This document shows, piece by piece, positions 55,915 to 64,000 of a stretch of 64,000 nt of DNA. The notes below the pieces were generated by a model. That model saw nothing but the letters and a program-made list of their open reading frames with translations, made no database searches and was not told the DNA's origin. The stretch is from Alphaproteobacteria bacterium (lineage in GTDB: Bacteria > Pseudomonadota > Alphaproteobacteria > Micavibrionales > Micavibrionaceae). Position numbers and translations under genes: made by a program. Positions within the stretch are counted from its first letter, which is position 1, and every line of letters starts with the position of its first letter. The stretch covers positions 3,676 to 67,675 of the forward strand of contig JBNKRZ010000013.1 of NCBI GenBank assembly GCA_050297015.1, given 5' to 3'.

Positions 55915-56370
55915 GTGGCGCTGTTTTTATCGACATATGTGAACAAGGTGGACAAGAAGGGGCGTGTCTCTGTGCCGGCGCCTTTTCGTGCGGCTTTGTC
56001 CGGGCAAGCGTTTCAAGGGATTGTTCTCTTCCGTTCGCATACGCATGCGTGTCTGGAAGGGTTCGGTATGGACACAATGGAAGAACTTTCCTCCCGTCTC
56101 GATCATTTTGATTTGTTTTCCGCCGAGCAAGACGATATGGCGACGACGATCTTTGGGGATGCTGTCCAGCTTCCTTTCGATGGTGATGGGCGGGTGATTC
56201 TGTCGGCAGAGTTGATGGAGGCGGCGCGGATTGTAGGGGCTGCGGCGTTCGTTGGCATGGGAAGCAAATTTCAGATATGGAGCCCGGAAGGTTTTGAGGC
56301 GCGCCGGGTCGAGGCGCGTGAAGAGATTCGTGTCACGGGGCTGACGCTGCCCAAAGGCGGTGAGAAATGA
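55915..56370 (+). CDS. mraZ: Transcriptional regulator MraZ
   Basis: 151 aa with a GTG start. Two SpoVT/AbrB-like halves: KVDKKGRVSVPAPFR and FDGDGRVILSAELM. Confidence 0.9.
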   Translation: MALFLSTYVNKVDKKGRVSVPAPFRAALSGQAFQGIVLFRSHTHACLEGFGMDTMEELSSRLDHFDLFSAEQDDMATTIFGDAVQLPFDGDGRVILSAELMEAARIVGAAAFVGMGSKFQIWSPEGFEARRVEAREEIRVTGLTLPKGGEK

Positions 56371-57329
56371 GTAATCGTCCTCACATTCCCGTGATGCTTG
56401 ACGAAGTGCTGGCAGCTTTGCAGCCGGCGGACGGCGAAGTCTATGTTGACGGGACGTTTGGCGCAGGGGGGTATACGGCTGCGCTTTTGGATGCGGCGGA
56501 TTGTGCGGTGATTGCGATAGATCGGGACAGCAGTGCGCGGGCGCGGGCGGAGGAGCTTAAGGAAAAATACGGTGAGCGCTTACAATTTGTCCATGGCTGT
56601 TTTGGTGATGCTGAGGCGCTGGTGCACACCGTTGGTTACGATAAAGTTGATGGTATTGTTGTTGATCTTGGTGTTTCTTCGATGCAGTTGGATCAAGCCG
56701 CGCGCGGGTTTTCATTCCGCTTTGACGGGCCGCTCGATATGCGAATGGATCAAGATGGTGACGGTGAGACGGCGGCAGATGTTGTGAATAATTATTCCGA
56801 GAAAAATCTGGCCGATATTATTTACCGGTACGGCGAAGAGCGCAAATCCCGCCGTATTGCGAAGGCCGTTGTCGCGGCGCGCGGCAAGCAGAAAATTGAA
56901 ACGACGTTTGCGCTGGCCGATATCGTGCGCAGCGTTGTGCCCCGTTCGCCTAAGGATCAAAGCGACCCGTCAACCCGGACGTTTCAGGCGCTTCGTATCT
57001 ATGTGAACCGTGAGATGGAAGAGCTGGAAAAGCTTTTGCAGGCTGCGGTGCCTCTTTTGAAAATTGGCGGCCGTTTGGTTGTCGTTTCTTTCCATTCCCT
57101 CGAAGATGGGATTGCCAAACGGTTTATGCGTCAGCATGCCGGAATGGGCGAATCTGTCTCTCGTCATATGCCGGTTCCTGCCGGTGCGCCGTCTCAGGCG
57201 TATTTCAGTCTGCCCTCCCGCAAGGCTGTTTTCCCCTCCGAACATGAAATTTCCCAAAATCCCCGTTCTCGTTCCGCACGTTTGCGTGTAGCTGTTCGCA
57301 CCGATCAATCGCAGGAGGCCGCCGCATGA
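56367..57329 (+). CDS. rsmH: 16S rRNA (cytosine1402-N4)-methyltransferase
   Basis: 320 aa with HIPVMLDEVL, DGTFGAGGYT, DLGVSSMQLD and SFHSLEDGIAK. Confidence 0.95.
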   Translation: MSNRPHIPVMLDEVLAALQPADGEVYVDGTFGAGGYTAALLDAADCAVIAIDRDSSARARAEELKEKYGERLQFVHGCFGDAEALVHTVGYDKVDGIVVDLGVSSMQLDQAARGFSFRFDGPLDMRMDQDGDGETAADVVNNYSEKNLADIIYRYGEERKSRRIAKAVVAARGKQKIETTFALADIVRSVVPRSPKDQSDPSTRTFQALRIYVNREMEELEKLLQAAVPLLKIGGRLVVVSFHSLEDGIAKRFMRQHAGMGESVSRHMPVPAGAPSQAYFSLPSRKAVFPSEHEISQNPRSRSARLRVAVRTDQSQEAAA

Positions 57330-57790
57330 GCTTCTTCCGTGTTTCGACATTGTTGGCGTTGAGCGCTGCGATCTTCTCGGGGGGAGGGTTGTTCTGGACC
57401 TCTCAGAATGTTCAGCATGCCGAAGAGCAATTACGTGATTTGCGCCATGCTTCGCAAAAAGAGGCACAAGCCTTGCGTGTTTTGCATGCGGAGTGGGACT
57501 ATCTCAACCGTCCTGACCGTCTTGAGGTGTTGGCGCAAGATTATCTGGGGTACGCGCCGCTGGCGGTTGAAAATGTTATGGATGACGCGGCACGCCTGCC
57601 GGAATTTTCTATTCCTGCATTACCGCCTCATAAACCTTCTCTGGCGCCGCGTTCCGCGGTGTATAAAGCGCCTGCCGCAAAGGTGCGGCCTCCTGTTAAT
57701 GCGGTGCCTCAGACTGAAACTCTTTCTGCGGACCGGCGCTTTCAAACACTCCTTGATGAGCTGAATCAAACGCAAGGGGGAGAAGAATGA
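57326..57790 (+). CDS. ftsL: Cell division protein FtsL-like
   Basis: 154 aa with a single N-terminal TM and a coiled region. Sits in the canonical slot between rsmH and ftsI. Confidence 0.65.
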   Translation: MSFFRVSTLLALSAAIFSGGGLFWTSQNVQHAEEQLRDLRHASQKEAQALRVLHAEWDYLNRPDRLEVLAQDYLGYAPLAVENVMDDAARLPEFSIPALPPHKPSLAPRSAVYKAPAAKVRPPVNAVPQTETLSADRRFQTLLDELNQTQGGEE

Positions 57791-59532
57791 TGAGATATTC
57801 ATTTTCTTTTGCGCAGAAAGCTATGAAGATGATTGGCGCCCGGCGTTCGGCGCTTGATATGGCGCATGGGCGCCTTGTTTTGGTAAGCGCATTTTTTGCG
57901 TTGCTGTTTATGATGGTAGGGGCGCGGGCCTTTGACCTTTCTTTGATTCAGGGGGAGTGGCTTTCTTCCTCGCTCTCCGGGAACGGTCATGCGCGTTCTG
58001 ATGTTGTTTTGGCTGCGCCGCCGCGGGGTGATATTCTCGATCGTAATGGTGTGCTGCTGGCTACATCTTTGGAGACCCCCTCTTTATATGCCGATCCCTC
58101 TTTGGTTTTGGAACCGGAAAAGGTTGCGCGGGCGTTGGTTGATGTTTTGCCCTCTTTGTCTTATGGCACCGTTTTGCAAAAGCTTCAGCGTAAGGGGCGC
58201 TTTGTCTGGATTGCCCGAAATCTGACTCCGAATGAGCAATATGAGGTTTTGAAAATCGGTTCGCCGGGACTGGATTTTAAAACCGAATACCGCCGTATCT
58301 ATCCACAGGGGGGAATGGCGCCGCACATGATCGGTTACACCGATGTGGACGGGCATGGCCTGGCGGGGATAGAGCGCAGCTTTGATAAATTGCTGAATGC
58401 AGGAGAGGCGCCCTTGACATTGGCGCTGGATATGAGACTCCAGCATATCTTGCGGCGCGAAGTGCGCAAGGCGGCACAAACCTTTACCGGTGAAGGGGGC
58501 GCGGGGCTGATTATGGATGTCAGCAACGGTGAGATTCTTGCGGCTTATTCATGGCCGGACTTTGATCCTCACAATCCTGGCGCGGCGAAGGACAGGGCGC
58601 TTTTTAACCGCTTGACTTTGGGTGTTTATGAACTGGGTTCAACCTTTAAGATCTTTTCAACGGCGGCCTTGCTGGAAACGAAAAAGGTTGCGTTGTCTCA
58701 TGGTTTTGATGCGCGTAAACCTTTGAAGCGCGGGCGTTATACGATTACCGATTATCACCCGGAAAAACGTATTTTAACGGTGCCGGAAGTCTTTATGTAT
58801 TCCTCCAATATCGGTTCGGCTTTGATGGGGGAAATGGTTGGCAGTACGGCGCTTCAGGATTTTTACCGCGATTTGGGTTTGTTAACGCCTGTGGCTTTGG
58901 AAATCAATGAGGTTGGACGACCTCTGGTGCCGGAGCCATGGCGGGATATTAATACTCTGACGGCTTCTTATGGGCATGGGCTGGCGGTTACACCTTTGCA
59001 AATGGTTGCGGCGGCCAGTTCTATTGTCGGGGGCGGAACGGTCATTCGTCCGAGGCTGGTTCTGGATCATGAGAAAGATAACGCGCGCGTGCAAACCGAT
59101 GTGCGGGTTGTCTCTCCGCAGACAGCGCATCGCATGCGTCAGCTAATGCGGCTAGTGGTGACAGACGGTACGGGAAAGATGGCCGATGTGCCGGGCTACC
59201 GCGTCGGCGGTAAGACGGGTACGGCCGAAAAGCCGGGGCCGGGTGGTTATAGCCACAAGCGTTTAATCTCGTCCTTTATGGGCTTTTTTCCGATGGAAGA
59301 GCCGCGCTACGCCGTCTTTATCATGGTTGATGAGCCGCACGGCACAAAAGAAAGCTTTGGTTACGCCACGGCGGGTTGGGTGGCGGCTCCGGCTGTGGGG
59401 CGGGTAATTGCCGCGATGGGAGCTTTGTTGGGTGTGCATCCGGAGGAAGATACCAACGGGATGCACGATGTGCTGGCCGCTTCGTTGAAACAATATGTTC
59501 ATGACAGGAGTAAACATCATGATTTTGAGTGA
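57787..59532 (+). CDS. ftsI: Peptidoglycan D,D-transpeptidase FtsI (PBP3)
   Basis: 581 aa with active-site motifs GSTFK (ELGSTFKIF), SSN (YSSNIG) and KTG (GGKTGTAEK). Confidence 0.9.
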   Translation: MMRYSFSFAQKAMKMIGARRSALDMAHGRLVLVSAFFALLFMMVGARAFDLSLIQGEWLSSSLSGNGHARSDVVLAAPPRGDILDRNGVLLATSLETPSLYADPSLVLEPEKVARALVDVLPSLSYGTVLQKLQRKGRFVWIARNLTPNEQYEVLKIGSPGLDFKTEYRRIYPQGGMAPHMIGYTDVDGHGLAGIERSFDKLLNAGEAPLTLALDMRLQHILRREVRKAAQTFTGEGGAGLIMDVSNGEILAAYSWPDFDPHNPGAAKDRALFNRLTLGVYELGSTFKIFSTAALLETKKVALSHGFDARKPLKRGRYTITDYHPEKRILTVPEVFMYSSNIGSALMGEMVGSTALQDFYRDLGLLTPVALEINEVGRPLVPEPWRDINTLTASYGHGLAVTPLQMVAAASSIVGGGTVIRPRLVLDHEKDNARVQTDVRVVSPQTAHRMRQLMRLVVTDGTGKMADVPGYRVGGKTGTAEKPGPGGYSHKRLISSFMGFFPMEEPRYAVFIMVDEPHGTKESFGYATAGWVAAPAVGRVIAAMGALLGVHPEEDTNGMHDVLAASLKQYVHDRSKHHDFE

Positions 59533-60970
59533 GTTGAGTCCTGAAAAAAACGCAGGGCAAGAAATTGAGATTAAAGGGATAACGCAGGATAGTCGGGCGG
59601 TGCGCTCTGGATGGCTGTTTGCGGCTCTGCCGGGCCGAAAATATGACGGCCGCGATTTTATAGGCGATGCTGTGCGTAATGGTGCGGTTGCTGTGCTAGC
59701 GCCCACAGGGGCGATGTTGCCGGACGATGCGGCGGCGGGTGGTGTGGTTTTGATAACGGATGATGATCCGCGCCGTTTGCTTTCTCTGATGGCTGCGCGG
59801 TTTTATGGGGCGCAGCCGGAGCAAATTTCCGCGGTGACGGGCACGAATGGCAAGACCTCCGTTGTGCATTTCACCCAACAGCTTTGCCAAATGGTCGGAA
59901 AGACGAGCGCGTCGTTGGGTACTTTGGGGGTGCGCGGCGCGGGGATGACACGGCCCGGCGCTCTGACAACACCGGAGCCGGTAGCGCTTCACGCGATGAT
60001 CGCCGATCTCGCCGCGGCGGGGGTGACAAATTTAGCGATGGAGGCTTCCAGCATCGGGATTGAACAACGCCGTCTTGACGGGGTGCGGGTGACGGCTGCG
60101 GCTTTCACAAATTTAAGCCGCGACCACCTTGATTATCATGAAACGATGGAGGCTTATTTTGCCGCCAAGGCCCGGCTGTTTGATGCGATTTTGGTTGATG
60201 ATGGTGCGGCTGTTCTGAATGCGGATGTGACGGAATACGACGCTTTGCACGAAATTGTAACGGCGCGGGGTTTGAAAGAAATCTCCTACGGTTATCAAGC
60301 ATCGGAGTTGAAGCTGTTAAAGGCTGCGCCATGTCCGGACGGGCAGGATGTTGAATTGGAAATCGCCGGGGAGACTTACAGCGTGTTCTTGCCGCTTGTC
60401 GGTGAATTTCAGGTTATGAATGTACTGTGCGCGCTGGGGCTGGCCTCTGTTTTATGTAGCCTTCCGGCGGCGGAGTTTGTGCCGCTTTTGCCGGACTTGA
60501 AACGGGCGCCGGGGCGGTTGGCGCTCATACCCGGTCACCCGAAGGGCGCGGTTTATGTCGATTATGCTCATACGCCCGATGCGCTGGAGATGATTTTGAA
60601 AACGTTGCGTCCTCACACAAAAGGAAAACTTTTTTGCCTGATTGGCTGTGGCGGTGATCGTGACCGGGGCAAGCGTCCGGTTATGGGGAAAATAGCGGCG
60701 GACTTTGCCGATGTAGCGATTATTACCGACGATAATCCGCGCGGCGAAGATCCCGCGGCTATCCGTGCTGCGATGATGGAAGGTGCCGGGGAAAAGGCTA
60801 AGGAAATCGGCGACCGCCGCGAAGCGATCCGTTGGGCGGTTGATGCATTGCAAGAGGGTGATGTGCTGGTGTTGGCCGGCAAGGGGCACGAACAAGGACA
60901 GATTATCGGCGACCGTGTGGAGCCGTTCGATGATGGGGAAGAAGCAAGCAAAGCAATGGGGGAATTGTAA
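59519..60970 (+). CDS. murE: UDP-N-acetylmuramoyl-L-alanyl-D-glutamate--2,6-diaminopimelate ligase
   Basis: P-loop AVTGTNGKTS and DAP-specific TDDNPRGEDP motif. The ORF track start is 59495; I prefer ATG 59519 (MILSEL...). Confidence 0.9.
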   Translation: MILSELSPEKNAGQEIEIKGITQDSRAVRSGWLFAALPGRKYDGRDFIGDAVRNGAVAVLAPTGAMLPDDAAAGGVVLITDDDPRRLLSLMAARFYGAQPEQISAVTGTNGKTSVVHFTQQLCQMVGKTSASLGTLGVRGAGMTRPGALTTPEPVALHAMIADLAAAGVTNLAMEASSIGIEQRRLDGVRVTAAAFTNLSRDHLDYHETMEAYFAAKARLFDAILVDDGAAVLNADVTEYDALHEIVTARGLKEISYGYQASELKLLKAAPCPDGQDVELEIAGETYSVFLPLVGEFQVMNVLCALGLASVLCSLPAAEFVPLLPDLKRAPGRLALIPGHPKGAVYVDYAHTPDALEMILKTLRPHTKGKLFCLIGCGGDRDRGKRPVMGKIAADFADVAIITDDNPRGEDPAAIRAAMMEGAGEKAKEIGDRREAIRWAVDALQEGDVLVLAGKGHEQGQIIGDRVEPFDDGEEASKAMGEL

Positions 60971-60973
60971 GCT

Positions 60974-62077
60974 ATGACGTTATGGTCTTCGAAAGAGGCG
61001 GAAGCCGCCGTTAAAGGGGTGTCGACACAAAGTTGGTGCGCGCATGGAATTGCCGTGATTCCGGCTGAAGTTCAGCCCGGCGATTTATTTGTTCCGGTGA
61101 GCAATGCCGCACAGGATGGCGTGAAGGAAGCTTTTGAGCGCGGCGCTGTGGCGGCTGTTGTCAATATTTGGCCGGAAGGGATGGAGCAAACACATCCGCT
61201 TTTGATCGTTGACGATCCGCTGGCCGCGCTTCATCGTTTGGCTGAAGCGGCTCTTAAACGTTGTGGTGCTAAGCGCATTGTGCTGGATAGTTGCCGGGCC
61301 TGTGCGGGATTCCCGGAGATGGTCGAAACGGCGCTTTCTGCTATTGCTGATGTTCATGTCGTATCGACGAATGACGGTTTGATGCGTGATTTGGCGGCGC
61401 TTCATGCCGGGGCAGATTACATCCTGTTTGCCAAGGAGGCGTCATCAATGCTCGAAATTGAAGCCGATATGGTGATGGTGGAGCCTGCGGATACAGAAGA
61501 TCTTGCTGCGGTGGAATTACAGGTCTATATGGAGGCGGCAAACGGCACGCGTCTGCGGGCTGCGATCGGTGGTGAGGAAATTGCTCTTACAGTACCGCAA
61601 CCGGGACGAGCTGTGGCTATGCAGGCTTTGGCAGCGCTGGTTGTCGTTGAGCGCTGTGGCGGCGATTTATCGAAAGCGGCCCGCGCGTTGGAAAATACGC
61701 GGCAGCTTGCCGGGCGAAGAGATGATGAGGCAAGCAATGTAACATTAATGGAGGATACTTTTAATGTATCTTGCGCGCTGAAAAATCAGGCGTTTAAGGT
61801 GTTGGCCTTGGTTGATCCGGGCCGCGGTCGCAAACGGATTGCGATTCTGAGCCATATGCAAAGCCAGCCGCAACAGGATTGGCGTTTGCCCGCTCAGACA
61901 GGCGATGTGCAGCTGATTTACACGCGGGCATCGTTGCCGGGGCATGAAACAACCCACATGGGATTGCAACAAATTGTACCCGACGTGCTGGCTCCCGGTG
62001 ACGTTCTTATGCTAAAAGGGGCCAATGAACCGGGCCGCGGCGTTGTTGTTGAAGCGCTCCGTACCCCGCAAGGATAA
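60974..62077 (+). CDS. MurF homologue with degenerate catalytic motifs (shortened, P-loop lost); possible pseudoenzyme
   Basis: 367 aa in the murF slot. The N-terminal domain is MurF-like (VQPGDLFVPV...ERGAVAAVV...LLIVDDPLAALHRLA). Where MurF has TGSxGKT(S/T), this ORF reads LDSCRACAGF. The DxxYNAN block reads MEDTFNVS. Confidence 0.7.
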   Translation: MTLWSSKEAEAAVKGVSTQSWCAHGIAVIPAEVQPGDLFVPVSNAAQDGVKEAFERGAVAAVVNIWPEGMEQTHPLLIVDDPLAALHRLAEAALKRCGAKRIVLDSCRACAGFPEMVETALSAIADVHVVSTNDGLMRDLAALHAGADYILFAKEASSMLEIEADMVMVEPADTEDLAAVELQVYMEAANGTRLRAAIGGEEIALTVPQPGRAVAMQALAALVVVERCGGDLSKAARALENTRQLAGRRDDEASNVTLMEDTFNVSCALKNQAFKVLALVDPGRGRKRIAILSHMQSQPQQDWRLPAQTGDVQLIYTRASLPGHETTHMGLQQIVPDVLAPGDVLMLKGANEPGRGVVVEALRTPQG

Positions 62078-62089
62078 ATATTAAGCCGC

Positions 62090-62170
62090 CATTGCGAGGA
62101 GGGTGATAACCCGCGCGGCAATCCAGAATTGTTCTTGTCGGCTCTGGATTGCTTCGCTACGCTCGCAATG
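62090..62170. repeat. REP-like compound palindrome
   Basis: Outer arms CATTGCGAG (62090-62098) / CTCGCAATG (62162-62170). Inner arms GCAATCCAGA (62118-62127) / TCTGGATTGC (62143-62152). Confidence 0.8.
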
Positions 62171-62188
62171 ACGATTGAAGGAAAAGTT

Positions 62189-62926
62189 ATGCGTGAAGAA
62201 AAATGGACGATCCCGACCGGTGACGGCCACCTGATTTACGGGGTGACGAACTACGCCTACCCCGATAAGCCGTCCGATAAATGTATCGTGATTGTTCATG
62301 GTTTGGGCGGGCATATGGATGTTTATATTCATGGCCGGGCCGCGCGTTCTTTTCCAAAGAAAGGATATGATGTTATCCGTTTCAACCTTTATACGTGGGA
62401 AGAAAAAGCGCGGCATCTACAGGATTGTACGCTTCAAATCCATGCGGCAGATTTCAACGCTGTTTTGAAAGAGCGGGCAAAAAATTATGCCAAAATTTTC
62501 GCTGTAGGGCATAGTTACGGCGGCGTTACAATTATGATAGCTCAGCCATCGGAAGTGGGGGCTGTTTCTTTATGGGATCCAACCTTTCATGCGCCGATTG
62601 CATGGGATGATGCTTTTATCAAAAGGCGGGAAGGGATGTTGTTTCGTAATGGCGGTGCAGAAACCTTGGCGTCAGAAGAGATGTACGAAGAAGCTTTCCA
62701 ATACAAAAAAGAGGAATGTCTGAGCTTATCGGAGAGACTCAATAAGCCGATACAGGTTATTACAGCTGGAGACGGTATTTTTGTAACCGAAGAGCAATCC
62801 TTCCACTCCGCCGGGCACTCTTTGAATGAGCGGAAAATTGTGGACGGCGCGGATCATTGCTTTAACAACGGCGATACGTGCGATACGCTGCTCGAATATA
62901 CGTATGAATGGTTTGAAAGGTTTTAA
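62189..62926 (+). CDS. Alpha/beta hydrolase
   Basis: Oxyanion region VIVHGLGGH and nucleophile elbow GHSYGG. The ORF track start at 62129 runs through the palindrome; I prefer ATG 62189, preceded by GAAGGA. Confidence 0.75.
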   Translation: MREEKWTIPTGDGHLIYGVTNYAYPDKPSDKCIVIVHGLGGHMDVYIHGRAARSFPKKGYDVIRFNLYTWEEKARHLQDCTLQIHAADFNAVLKERAKNYAKIFAVGHSYGGVTIMIAQPSEVGAVSLWDPTFHAPIAWDDAFIKRREGMLFRNGGAETLASEEMYEEAFQYKKEECLSLSERLNKPIQVITAGDGIFVTEEQSFHSAGHSLNERKIVDGADHCFNNGDTCDTLLEYTYEWFERF

Positions 62927-64000
62927 ATGCTCTATAACCTGCTCGCGCCGTTGGGCGATGACATTATCTTTTTTAACTTGTTTCGCTACCTGACGTTCCG
63001 GGGCGGGGCGGCTGTGATGACGGCGCTTATTATCAGCTTTCTGATCGGCCCGGCGATGATCCGTTGGCTGAAGAGCTTGCAAGCCGGGGCCAGTAATGTG
63101 CGTGAATTTCTCGAAGACGCGCACGGCCATAAATCCGGAACGCCGAGTATGGGCGGACTGATGATCCTGATTTCCGTTACGATATCGACGCTGCTCTGGT
63201 CGGACCTGACGAATCCGCTGGTATGGTACGTGGTTTTGGTCATGGTCGGGTATGGCGCGCTGGGGTTTGCTGACGATTACCTGAAGATAACAAAGAAGAA
63301 TTCCAAAGGCTTGCCGGGGAAAGTTAAACTTCTGGGACAGTTTTTGATCGGCGCTGTGGCGACTGTCGGGATTACGGGCGCGCTACCGGACTCGTTAAGC
63401 ACGGCCGTTGCGATCCCGTTTTTCAAAGATTTGTTTATCAATCTTGGTTGGTTTTTCATTCCGTGGGCGCTTCTGGTCATGGTCGGGGCGAGCAATGCCG
63501 TGAATTTGACAGACGGTCTTGACGGCCTGGCGATTGTGCCTGTCGCGATTGCCGCGGCCTGTTTCGGCCTCATTGCTTATCTTGCAGGGCACGTGGTTTA
63601 TGCGGGCTACCTTCATATCCCTTACGTTCCCGGCAGCGGTGAATTGGCGATTTTATGTGGCGCGCTGGTCGGCGGCGCGATGGGGTTCCTGTGGTTTAAT
63701 GCCCCGCCCGCGATGGTTTTTATGGGCGATACGGGATCGCTGGCCATGGGCGGGGTGCTCGGCGCGATTGCCGTGGCGACCAAGCATGAAATCGTGCTGG
63801 CCATTATCGGCGGGCTGTTCGTGATGGAGACGGTCTCCGTGATCGTACAGGTTGCCTCGTTTAAGTTGACCGGCAAGCGCGTGTTTGCGATGGCGCCCGT
63901 TCACCACCATTTTGAGAAAAAAGGCTGGTCCGAGCCGCAGATCGTGATACGCTTTTGGATTATAGCTGTAATTTTGGCGCTTGTAGGATTGGCAACATTG
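62927..64000 (+). CDS. mraY: Phospho-N-acetylmuramoyl-pentapeptide transferase (runs off the window end)
   Basis: Absent from the ORF track because it is truncated. Hand translation gives [27 protein letters not shown]...[14 protein letters not shown]...[11 protein letters not shown]...[15 protein letters not shown]. Confidence 0.9.
   Translation, partial: MLYNLLAPLGDDIIFFNLFRYLTFRGGAAVMTALIISFLIGPAMIRWLKSLQAGASNVREFLEDAHGHKSGTPSMGGLMILISVTISTLLWSDLTNPLVWYVVLVMVGYGALGFADDYLKITKKNSKGLPGKVKLLGQFLIGAVATVGITGALPDSLSTAVAIPFFKDLFINLGWFFIPWALLVMVGASNAVNLTDGLDGLAIVPVAIAAACFGLIAYLAGHVVYAGYLHIPYVPGSGELAILCGALVGGAMGFLWFNAPPAMVFMGDTGSLAMGGVLGAIAVATKHEIVLAIIGGLFVMETVSVIVQVASFKLTGKRVFAMAPVHHHFEKKGWSEPQIVIRFWIIAVILALVGLATL

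Noticed and set aside
62081-62416. 111-aa minus-strand ORF and the 5' extension (62129-62188) of the hydrolase ORF
   Set aside because: Both read through the REP-like palindrome (peptides ...HCERSEAIQ... and ...LDCFATLAMT...), so they are most likely translation artefacts of the repeat.
1-64000. CRISPR arrays, IS elements, prophage genes and rRNA genes
   Set aside because: I found no regularly spaced direct repeats and no transposase, integrase or phage-like ORFs. The only repeats seen are the inverted-repeat element at 35655-35932, the palindrome at 62090-62170, and short coding tandem repeats.

Overview
This is a chromosomal segment. Its housekeeping synteny looks alphaproteobacterial by inference: topA-dprA-plsY-pyrB, sdhCDAB, nadAC, rnpB, and mraZ-rsmH-ftsL-ftsI-murE-murF-mraY. 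Between the housekeeping blocks sits a large secretion and pilus complement.

(1) At 4.0-14.7 kb there is a type IVb-pilus/T2SS-like cluster. It holds a short prepilin peptidase, a CheY-like regulator, a lipoprotein-type secretin, a GspE/PilB ATPase, a PilC-like platform, assembly proteins and two atypical pilin-like proteins. A soluble hybrid histidine kinase follows it.

(2) A Dot/Icm-type (IncI-like) type IVB secretion system is split into two blocks: dotI-dotH-dotG-dotF (17.9-22.4 kb) and a DsbC-like gene, a hypothetical, a lytic transglycosylase, then dotD-dotC-dotB, icmT and a TcpQ/PilL-like gene (33.7-41.0 kb). asd and flgK-flgL are interleaved with these blocks.

(3) The most unusual element lies between the blocks, divergent from dotI. 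It is an operon of five tightly coupled paralogous genes (22.7-30.2 kb) encoding signal-bearing proteins of a family I cannot name.

Other notable points:
- a 26-bp inverted-repeat element with nested hairpins between dotB and icmT
- a near-consensus sigma-54 promoter upstream of flgK
- a MurF homologue with an eroded ATP P-loop
- an alpha/beta-hydrolase gene plus a REP-like hairpin inserted between murF and mraY
- a dodecin-like ORF inside the sdh operon

No transposase, integrase, relaxase or CRISPR array was seen. All family calls rest on motifs read by eye and need profile searches to confirm.
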